A stretch of DNA of 60,550 nt, counting the filler. It is 6 parts of 6 records of this genome, joined end to end, with 100 filler letters (N's around TTAATTAATTAA, not from the genome) between each part and the next. Parts side by side here need not be neighbours in the genome. Positions count along the whole stretch, not along the records: positions 47,244 to 60,550 come from DRR723986_7898; 5 more parts are not named here. One strand, 5' to 3'. The translations under genes and the position numbers were made by a program. The stretch's first letter is position 1, and each line of letters opens with the position of its first letter. Shown piece after piece: positions 51,262-58,470 of this stretch. Under the pieces are notes generated by a model. That model had not been told where the DNA came from, did no database searches, and was given only the letters and a program-made list of their open reading frames with translations.

Positions 51262-52737
51262 ATGAGCGACGTCCGGCAGACCTTCTCCACCGCATCAGTT
51301 GCAAGCCTCGATAGTCCGCAGGCCTATATCGAGGAGACACCGATCTGGCGCGATGGTACGGATGTCGACAGTTCCATCCTGACCGGCATGCAGTGGCGTA
51401 TCTGGTGGCTGGCCTGTGCCGGCAAGTTCTTTGAAGGCATGGTTGTCTTCATGACCGGCATCGCCCTCCCGCTGATCGGGCGGGAATTCAAATTGACAGC
51501 GGTGGAGCACGGACTTGTCAGTTCGGCGATCCTGTTCGGCATCCTGATCGGGGCGACAGCACTGGGCGGGCTTGCGGACCGGTTTGGACGAAGGGCGATG
51601 TTCATCGTCGAGATGGCGCTCTTCATCGCCTTTCTGCTGTTGCTTTCGATAGCGCCGAACCTTTCGATTACCCTTATAGCGCTCTTCGGTGTCGGCCTGG
51701 CGCTCGGCTGTGACTATCCGACGGCGCATATGGTGATCTCGGAGAACATTCCGGCGCGGGCACGGGGAAGGATGGTTCTGGGAGCCTTCAGTTTTCAGGC
51801 GGTCGGGGCATTGTCGGGGACAGGGCTTGCCTTTCTGACGCTCACCTGGTTTCCGGATCCCGAAGCCTGGCGCTGGATGTATCTGACGGCCGTTCCGCCT
51901 GCTCTTCTGATCCTGGCCGGCCGCTTCTTTGTTCCGGAAAGCTCCAACTGGTTGATCGTGAGGGGACGGGTAGCAGAAGCGGAAACCGCGCTGCTGAGAT
52001 TGCTGAACCGGCGCCCGAGATATCCAAGCGAGATTTCACTGAAGGCCGAAACAGCCGGTTCGCCGCATGCGCACAAGGTCAAGTGGAGCCGGTTCCTGAC
52101 AGACCGGAAACTGCGCAAGGCGACGATCTTTGCGTCGGTTCCCTGGTTCCTGCAGGATCTCGGGACATATGGCATCGGCATTTTCACGCCGGTCATCTTG
52201 GCCAGTTCAATTGGCAACAAGCGCGAGCACGCACAGTCGCTTTCTGATCTGGTCTACAATGATCTGCTTGCGGCGAAAGGCGCCGCCCTGATCGACGTCC
52301 TGCTGATTGTCGGCATTGTCTTTGCGGTGATGTTCACTGACCGGATCGGCCGTGTCCGCCTTCAGGTGATCGGTTTCATCGGCTGCGCCGTTGGTCTGGC
52401 GATTGCGGCTTCCGGCAACCATGCAGGGCCTGGATGGGACGTCCCCCTGATCTTTGCAGGCTTCATGCTGTTCAACTTCATGACCAACATGGGACCGAAT
52501 GCGCAGACGTACCTGATTGCCGGCGAGGTGTTTCCTGTCGCCTATCGCGGCACGGGGGCGGGCCTTGCGGCGTCCTTCGCCAAGATCGGCGCCGTTCTGA
52601 CTGCCTTCCTGTTTCCGATTCTGCTTAAGGACCTGGGAACGGACGTGCTGCTTGCTGGCCTCGTGGTTACCTCGCTGCTGGGGGCGGTGGTGACGTGGGT
52701 CTACCGGATCGAGACGCGCGGTGCCGGCCTTGGGTGA
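51262..52737 (+). CDS. MFS transporter (sugar porter-like)
   Basis: GGLADRFGRR, PES, DRIGR, GEVFP...RG. Confidence 0.92.
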   Translation: MSDVRQTFSTASVASLDSPQAYIEETPIWRDGTDVDSSILTGMQWRIWWLACAGKFFEGMVVFMTGIALPLIGREFKLTAVEHGLVSSAILFGILIGATALGGLADRFGRRAMFIVEMALFIAFLLLLSIAPNLSITLIALFGVGLALGCDYPTAHMVISENIPARARGRMVLGAFSFQAVGALSGTGLAFLTLTWFPDPEAWRWMYLTAVPPALLILAGRFFVPESSNWLIVRGRVAEAETALLRLLNRRPRYPSEISLKAETAGSPHAHKVKWSRFLTDRKLRKATIFASVPWFLQDLGTYGIGIFTPVILASSIGNKREHAQSLSDLVYNDLLAAKGAALIDVLLIVGIVFAVMFTDRIGRVRLQVIGFIGCAVGLAIAASGNHAGPGWDVPLIFAGFMLFNFMTNMGPNAQTYLIAGEVFPVAYRGTGAGLAASFAKIGAVLTAFLFPILLKDLGTDVLLAGLVVTSLLGAVVTWVYRIETRGAGLG

Positions 52738-52746
52738 GGGGGGCGG

Positions 52747-54216
52747 CTATTCGTTTGCGATGGCGTTTTCCCGCGCAGTCAATCTGTGACGTAGCACCAG
52801 CATCGCCAGGGCTGGAACCAATGTCAGGCCCGCATTGATGTAGAAGACGGAGGCGCCGGACCGCGCGACGGCCTCCCGGGTGAGCAGTTCTTCCGATCCC
52901 GGTGCAACAAGACCGGTGACAATTGCGATCAGTCCGGTAAGGCCGCCGCCGATGGCAATACCGGCAGAGGAAATGGTCGGCAGGATGCTGGAGACCAGGT
53001 TCTGGTCTTCTCCCTCGGCGGTGTACATCAGCGAACGCATCAGGATCTGGTTGCACAGCCCGTGGCCGGCACCGGCAACCACGGCAGCGAGCGCAAACAA
53101 AGGCAGCGACGCGGTCGTGATCGCAAGAGCAGTGAGGGTCAAGCCGCCGGCGATCAGGAACGGACCGGTCGTCAGATAGATCAGTTCGCGCTGCCGCGAC
53201 GGTGCACGGGAAGAGATGACGGCGAAGATCGACCAGGAGAAGGCGAGCCCGGCGGCAACATAACTTGCCTGCGTCACGCTGAGACCCCAGTAGACCTGGC
53301 CGACCGTCGTCACGAAAACCGCCCGCACCGCAGCGGCAGCGGAAATGAGGAACACGATCCAGGTGCCGAGGCCGATCAGGGTCTGCGCCCGGAAGGCATC
53401 GCGCGGGAAAAGGCGATGCGGGCTTGCGGCGTCAAAGGTCAGCAGCAGCGCTGCGGTTGCCAGACCGGCTGCAATCGTCAGGGCAAGCGGCAGGGGCGCA
53501 TGCAGCTCGCCTATCACGGTCAGGAGAAAGATGCTTGCTGCCAGCAGGGCAAGGCGAACCAGCAAACGGACCGGCAATCTTCTGGCCGTGGGGGCGCTTG
53601 CTGTGGCCGGACGCACTGCTTGCGCAGGCAAGGCCGTGTTCATCAGGACGAACAGCAGCAGCACGAAGGGTATGTTGATCAGGAAGGCGGCGCGCCACGA
53701 CCAGAGTTCGGACAGCAAGCCGGCCGAAACCGGCCCGATACCCGCTGCAACGGCCCAGACCCCTGCCAGCAAGGCAAAGACACGCGGGGCGATGTTGCTG
53801 GGGAAGAGATCCGGGATCAGCGAATAACACAGCGCGATGATCATGCCTTCGCCGAAACCCTGCAGGGCGCGTCCGGCAATCAGCCCTTCCAGAGATGTCG
53901 AGAGACCCGCGAGCACCGATCCGCCCGCAAGCAGGAGCGACGCCAGCAGGAAGGGACTGCGGGCACCGAAACGGACCTTTGCTGCGCCAGTGAGGCAGCC
54001 CGCCAGGATTGCCATCATTTCAAAAGAGGAAAATACCCAGAATGCTCGGTCCTGCCCGCCAAGATCGCGGATGATGTCCGGCAGGACAGCGGTGGTAACA
54101 AAGCCGTTGATGGCGTGGGATCCGACTCCCAGCACCAGCGCCAGTGTGCCGGCCGCGCGTTCCGGAGAAAAGAGTGACGGGCTGACGGGCGGGAGCGCTG
54201 GCGAGCTGATGGACAT
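52747..54216 (-). CDS. MFS transporter (14-TM, drug-efflux-like)
   Basis: GRALQGFG, WSWR.AF.IN.P. Confidence 0.88.
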   Translation of the reverse strand: MSISSPALPPVSPSLFSPERAAGTLALVLGVGSHAINGFVTTAVLPDIIRDLGGQDRAFWVFSSFEMMAILAGCLTGAAKVRFGARSPFLLASLLLAGGSVLAGLSTSLEGLIAGRALQGFGEGMIIALCYSLIPDLFPSNIAPRVFALLAGVWAVAAGIGPVSAGLLSELWSWRAAFLINIPFVLLLFVLMNTALPAQAVRPATASAPTARRLPVRLLVRLALLAASIFLLTVIGELHAPLPLALTIAAGLATAALLLTFDAASPHRLFPRDAFRAQTLIGLGTWIVFLISAAAAVRAVFVTTVGQVYWGLSVTQASYVAAGLAFSWSIFAVISSRAPSRQRELIYLTTGPFLIAGGLTLTALAITTASLPLFALAAVVAGAGHGLCNQILMRSLMYTAEGEDQNLVSSILPTISSAGIAIGGGLTGLIAIVTGLVAPGSEELLTREAVARSGASVFYINAGLTLVPALAMLVLRHRLTARENAIANE

Positions 54217-54226
54217 GACAACCTCG

Positions 54227-54286
54227 ATAAAGAAAGTATTTTCTTTATATATTGAGCTTCGAAAATAAAGAAAGAAATTTATTTTT
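54227..54286. promoter_or_regulatory. Tandem AT-rich palindromic operator sites upstream of MFS gene
   Basis: ATAAAGAAA-GTAT-TTTCTTTAT (54227-54248) and an imperfect copy at 54265-54286. Confidence 0.6.
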
Positions 54287-54389
54287 TTATTTTGGCGCCG
54301 GTATGCGTGAGGGTTTAGCCGTCGAAGGCCCTTGGTTTATTCCGGCCCGGACGATGTAACCAGGGATGTCGAATTCGCGAAGAGATCTA

Positions 54390-54941
54390 TTATGGATGGG
54401 GTTCTGTCAGTGCCAGGAAATGTGCGGGAACGGCATCCGTCAGCCAGACGCCGTTCTCCGTTCTGTAAAACGTGTGCCCCTCCGCCTGCATTGCGCTGGC
54501 CGCGACCTGAAGAATTGCAGGTTTGCCGTGACGGCTTCCGACCTTGTGCGCGGTGTCGCGATCCGGTGACAGATGCACATGGTGCCGGGCCATAGGTTTC
54601 AGGCCTTCGGCCAGAATGGGCGGCAGAAAGCGTGTTGCCGTTCCGTGGAACAGGAACTCCGGAGGCTGTAAAGCTGTGAGGCCCAGTTCAATGTCAATTG
54701 AATGACCCTGACGTGCGCGAATGTGTTTGCGGTCTTCGGAGAACTCGAAGCGTTTCTTGTCGTTGGTCGCGACGATTCTTTCCAGCTGATCCCTTTGGCA
54801 ATCAAGGCCGAGGGCTCTGAAGGCGCCAAGGACATCAGCTACGTCAGCCCAACCGCTGTCTGACAGCATCAAACCGGCGTCTTCCGGTTTGTGTCTTAGC
54901 CAGAAAGACAGGCGTTTCGAGATCTTTGTGTCTGTTTTCAT
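54390..54941 (-). CDS. kptA: RNA 2'-phosphotransferase (Tpt1/KptA)
   Basis: SKRLSFWLRH, DKKRF, IRARQGHS, LFHGT, RHHVHLS, RHG, NGVWL. Confidence 0.96.
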   Translation of the reverse strand: MKTDTKISKRLSFWLRHKPEDAGLMLSDSGWADVADVLGAFRALGLDCQRDQLERIVATNDKKRFEFSEDRKHIRARQGHSIDIELGLTALQPPEFLFHGTATRFLPPILAEGLKPMARHHVHLSPDRDTAHKVGSRHGKPAILQVAASAMQAEGHTFYRTENGVWLTDAVPAHFLALTEPHP

Positions 54942-55066
54942 TGTATTTTTCTTTAAATGTATACTGTTTTCAAATTCTGCGCCCCCTGCGAAAGCGGGCG
55001 AGCGACCCTCAATCGAGGTGGTCTGGTGACAGGACCTGGACAGCCATGGCCTGCAAGGGCCACGCT

Positions 55067-55100
55067 GAAACAGAAACGGCGCAGGTTGCCCCGCGCCGTT
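55067..55100 (-). terminator. Terminator-like hairpin after slipin gene
   Basis: Minus strand AACGGCGCGGG-GCAA-CCTGCGCCGTT then TCTGTTTC. Confidence 0.65.
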
Positions 55101-55105
55101 CTGGC

Positions 55106-56260
55106 TCATGCCGCATTGTCGTCCCGAAGCCGGACGAGGTCGTTCATGAGACCTCCGGTTCCGTTGTGGACCGTGAGCCGGTCGACCTTGCCGGCGATGG
55201 CTTCAAGCGCTTCGAGCTCCTTGAGCCGAAGCATGACCGGGTTTTCGGCCATGACCTTGGCCGTGTTGAGAAGCGAACGGGTTGCGTTCGTTTCTTCACG
55301 GCGCCGGATCACGTTGGCTTCGGCTTCCTTTTCGGCTGCCACCACCTTGATGAGGATCTCGCGCATTTCGCCCGGAAGGATCACGTCCTTGAGGACGATG
55401 TCGGAGACCTCGACACCGATTTCAGCCATGTCGGCCTTGATCTTGGCGGCTGCTTCCGCGTTGACCTCCCCCTTCTTTTCAAGGATCTGGTCGAGCTTGA
55501 GCGCGCCGAGCTGCTTGCGGAACACAAGCTGCAAAGCCCGGTAGAGCGTGTCGGTGAAGTCCTTCACCTCGGTTGCGGCCTTCACCGGGTCAACCACACG
55601 GTAATCCGCGGAGAGGTTGATCCGGATGGTAACGCGGTCGAGGGTCAAGACTTCCTGACCGGTGACGTCGAGAGCCTGACGCTTGAGGTCGATGACCTTC
55701 TGCGTCACGGTTCGGCCTGCCTTCCAGAAGGCATGGACCCCGGCTTCAAGCACCTTGGTGAGCACGCCATCCATGAAGAGAAGGGCGACGCTACCGTCGG
55801 TCACCGGCACGATCACGAACTGCTGCGTCTGACGGGCATCCCCGAGCCGGCGCATGAGCTTCTGCCTGAGGGCCGGGTCGGCAGCCGTGTCGATGACCTC
55901 GAAGGTCCACGGGCCGGCATCCGTCCACAGGACAAGCCGCTCGTCCGGGCCAAGCACGGTGTGGATACGGTTGTCCCGTTCCACAATCGCCACTTCACCC
56001 GGTCCGGTCCGGATAACGGTCAAGTGCTCTTCGGCAACTTGGGGAAGCTTATCGAAGAGCGCCTTCTCGTAGGCCGACCGGAACTGGGGCATTGCCATCG
56101 ACTGGCGCTCGATCACCAGGGTGCCACGGCCATTCTCGAGGCTGTGTTCACCGGGTCCGAGAATACCCTGGAGCTCTCCCTTGCAGATGTGGAGGGCCCG
56201 TTCCGTTTCAGAAATCACTACGCGGGTTCGCCCGCGGATCTTGTCGAGAAAAGTCGTCAT
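55106..56260 (-). CDS. SPFH/band-7 (slipin) family protein
   Basis: Repeated ER.L....G.....L.PG.H units, DLKRQ.L...GQEVLT.D.V..R.N, KDVILPGEM, AN.I.RREET.ATRSLLNTAKVM..NP..LRLKELE. Confidence 0.93.
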   Translation of the reverse strand: MTTFLDKIRGRTRVVISETERALHICKGELQGILGPGEHSLENGRGTLVIERQSMAMPQFRSAYEKALFDKLPQVAEEHLTVIRTGPGEVAIVERDNRIHTVLGPDERLVLWTDAGPWTFEVIDTAADPALRQKLMRRLGDARQTQQFVIVPVTDGSVALLFMDGVLTKVLEAGVHAFWKAGRTVTQKVIDLKRQALDVTGQEVLTLDRVTIRINLSADYRVVDPVKAATEVKDFTDTLYRALQLVFRKQLGALKLDQILEKKGEVNAEAAAKIKADMAEIGVEVSDIVLKDVILPGEMREILIKVVAAEKEAEANVIRRREETNATRSLLNTAKVMAENPVMLRLKELEALEAIAGKVDRLTVHNGTGGLMNDLVRLRDDNAA

Positions 56261-56299
56261 TTCGATAATCCTTCCAATGCGCTAAGGCACGTGGTTGTC

Positions 56300-56647
56300 C
56301 TTTCCGGTGTTGAAGATGGTTGGAGGTTGAGGAAACCGGTCGCTCGTCATGAGGCGTCCGGGGTGAAACGATGAGACCCGAAGAGAGCACGAGGTCTCCC
56401 GGCGGGCCCTTGGCCAGAGGGCGTAGCAGCGGCAATGCGGGTTCCACCCGTTCGAAAACAGGCGGTTCCGGCAAAGCGGCGGCAGAGCCTTTGCCAAAGG
56501 CCGGGCGAAGCGACCTGGCGTCGGCGGTCAGGGCACTTTCACCCGAAGGCAAAAGGGCCAGTCCGCGTTCGCAAGACCTCTCCAGGTCCCCTATGGAACA
56601 GCTTGCATAGCTGCTGGCGTGACAGGCCAGTTCGGCGTTGGAGGCCG
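56300..56647 (-). ncRNA. Putative structured RNA / leader with multiple hairpins, several anticodon-stem-loop-like
   Basis: Dense hairpins including CGGC-CTCCAAC-GCCG, CTGGC-CTGTCAC-GCCAG, CAGC-TATGCAA-GCTG, GCCCT-CTGGCCA-AGGGC and a cUUCGg loop; no credible ORF. Confidence 0.55.
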
Positions 56648-56653
56648 TGTTTT

Positions 56654-56718
56654 TGGAGCGAGAGTTGAACTCGCGACAGTCGGATTAAAGGTCCGATGCT
56701 CTACCACTGAGCTATCCA
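56654..56718 (-). tRNA. tRNA-Lys(UUU)-like element with 4-bp truncated acceptor stem (pseudo-tRNA/tRNA mimic)
   Basis: TGGA TA GCTC-AGTGGTA-GAGC A TCGGA-CCTTTAA-TCCGA CTGTC GCGAG-TTCAACT-CTCGC TCCA; C at position 33. Confidence 0.8.
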
Positions 56719-56793
56719 TGGAGCACATCACAGGAGTCGAACCTGTTGCTTCCGGGGTACACTCCCGGCGTTCAACCGTTAAACTTCATGCGC
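56719..56793 (-). tRNA. Degenerate tRNA-like element (nominal anticodon UGU, non-canonical loop), encoded CCA
   Basis: GCGCATG AA GTTT-AACGGTT-GAAC G CCGGG-AGTGTAC-CCCGG AAGCA ACAGG-TTCGACT-CCTGT GATGTGC T CCA. Confidence 0.8.
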
Positions 56794-56810
56794 GATTGTC
56801 CGATCCTCCA

Positions 56811-56825
56811 GAACAGCATCCGTAC
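56811..56825. promoter_or_regulatory. Candidate alphaproteobacterial LexA (SOS) box
   Basis: GAAC-AGCATCC-GTAC matches GAAC-N7-G(A/T)AC; lies 17 nt upstream of the first tRNA-like element. Confidence 0.35.
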
Positions 56826-57163
56826 ATGAGTGGGCAGGGCCTGATCATGCGGGTGGCGAAAAATGGCCGAACCGTTGATGTCTGTGCCAGTATGGTGACC
56901 GGTGACGAGTTGATACTTCGAGAGCGGGTGCCAATGCAACCGGCAATTTCAAGAGAAGCGATGTTTGTTGCTAATGTGATACAGTATGTTGTATTTTTGT
57001 CACTTTTGCCCAGAGTGCCGGCTGTCGCCCTGGGCGGGGACTTTGGTTGGTTTGAAGCGGTTTCGGTGAAGAACCGTAAACCGCAATCTCCTCGACCTCT
57101 TGCGCCGGGAAGACGGCGAAGGCAAACTCCCGGCCAGATTGTGTTTCCGCCCTGCGAGGACCT

Positions 57164-57604
57164 ATGGCCAACAAACAGTCCCGGTTTCTGATCGATACCT
57201 ATTTTGCCGCCTTCAATGCAGGCGATACCAAGAAAATGGAAAGCCTGGTTGCCGACGACCTGATCCATGATGTCAACCAGGGCGAACGCCGTGTCGGCAA
57301 GGACAAGTTCTGGTCCTTCAACGTTCACATGACGCGCTGCTACAAGGAACGCCTCAGCGACATCGTGCTGTTCGTCAGTGAAGACGGGACACGGGCTGCT
57401 GCCGAGTTCATCGTCCATGGCAGCTATATCGGCACCGACAGCGGATTGCCGCCCGCGAACGGCCAGACCTACAAGCTGCCGGCGGGCAGCTTTTTCGAGA
57501 TCCGCAATGGTCAAATCGCCCGCATCACCACCTATTACAACCTTCAGGACTGGATCGACCAGGTGACGGAAGGTGCGGGTGAAAAAGTGCCGGAAGAGGC
57601 CTGA
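57164..57604 (+). CDS. SnoaL-like/ketosteroid isomerase-related protein
   Basis: YFAAFNAGD, HDVNQG, RAAAEF, RITTYYNL. Confidence 0.9.
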   Translation: MANKQSRFLIDTYFAAFNAGDTKKMESLVADDLIHDVNQGERRVGKDKFWSFNVHMTRCYKERLSDIVLFVSEDGTRAAAEFIVHGSYIGTDSGLPPANGQTYKLPAGSFFEIRNGQIARITTYYNLQDWIDQVTEGAGEKVPEEA

Positions 57605-57662
57605 ACCAAAACCCTGCTTCTGCGCGAGCAGAGCCGGACAGGCAAAATTCATTTGATCAATC

Positions 57663-57699
57663 AGCTCTCCGTGCTCATCCGCGGGGAGCTTTTTTGTTT
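57663..57699 (+). terminator. Rho-independent terminator
   Basis: AGCTCTCCG...CGGGGAGCT followed by TTTTTGTTT. Confidence 0.8.
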
Positions 57700-57758
57700 C
57701 TGAGAAGGGCGATCCCCTCGTTGATTGTTGCGCACACGCAACCGTGAAGTTCGTTTTA

Positions 57759-57787
57759 TTGACGATAATAATTAGACCGGTCTATTT
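57759..57787 (+). promoter_or_regulatory. Sigma-70 -35 (TTGACG) overlapping a TetR/NemR-type operator TAGACCGGTCTA
   Basis: Perfect palindrome at 57773-57784 upstream of the TetR gene. Confidence 0.75.
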
Positions 57788-57867
57788 CTTATTCAACGAA
57801 CACTGCTGACGATGCGCTGCATCAGCCGGATTAGCGGTGTCAGAAGTCCCTGACGAAAGGAAACCCC

Positions 57868-58470
57868 TTGGCCAGAATACGTAACGAAGCTGCCTACGAG
57901 ACCGCAAAGACCCGTCTTCTGGATGTCGGTATGACGCTTATCCGGGAAAACAGCTTCGACGGCATCGGGATCAATGACGTGTTACGGGAAAGTGGTGTGC
58001 CGAAGGGGTCTTTCTACCACTACTTCGACACCAAGGAAGACTTCGGTCTCGAAGTGGCGCGTCACTACCACCGGGATCAGCTCGCTTTTGCAAAGGCCTG
58101 CCTTTCGGACCGCAAACGCTCGCCGGTGGAACGGCTGGAAGCATTTTTCTCCGGTGCCCGGGAAGGGATGAAGGACCGTGGCTACGCCCAGGGATGCCTG
58201 ATGTGCAACCTGTCGACGGAGCTGGCCGACCAGAAACCGGTCTTTCAGGCGGAGCTGGACCGTCATTGGCAGGCACTGACCGGTGAACTGGAAATCTGCC
58301 TGCGGGAGACGGATCTCTCCCGGATCGGACTGTCTCATCTCTCCCCGGCACAGGCTGCCGACTGGTTGATGAATTCGTGGAGCGGCGCGCTGACGAGAAT
58401 GAAGGCAAGCCGCAGCGACGAACCCCTGGCGCTGTTCATGCGCACAATCTTCAAGAAAGAAGGGAAATGA
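57868..58470 (+). CDS. TetR-family regulator (NemR-like)
   Basis: GINDVLRESGVPKGSFYHYF.TKE.FG, GCLM.NLS.E. Confidence 0.92.
   Translation: MARIRNEAAYETAKTRLLDVGMTLIRENSFDGIGINDVLRESGVPKGSFYHYFDTKEDFGLEVARHYHRDQLAFAKACLSDRKRSPVERLEAFFSGAREGMKDRGYAQGCLMCNLSTELADQKPVFQAELDRHWQALTGELEICLRETDLSRIGLSHLSPAQAADWLMNSWSGALTRMKASRSDEPLALFMRTIFKKEGK

Noticed and set aside
56340-56400. Possible hammerhead ribozyme (ATGAG...GAAAC)
   Set aside because: The CUGANGA core and the required three-stem geometry are not present.
56690-56750. Circularly permuted YrlA-like reading (T-arm, then acceptor hairpin, then D-arm) across the tRNA junction
   Set aside because: The linker between the T-arm and the next D-arm forms no convincing stem, there is no Ro60/TROVE gene, and two tandem cloverleafs explain the sequence better.
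56880-56935. TGGCAC motifs as sigma-54 promoters for the slipin unit
   Set aside because: Neither has TTGC at the -12 position.
56619-57652. ORFs 56619-57191 (+) and 56786-57652 (-)
   Set aside because: They overlap the tRNA-like elements and the SnoaL gene and show no protein-like features.
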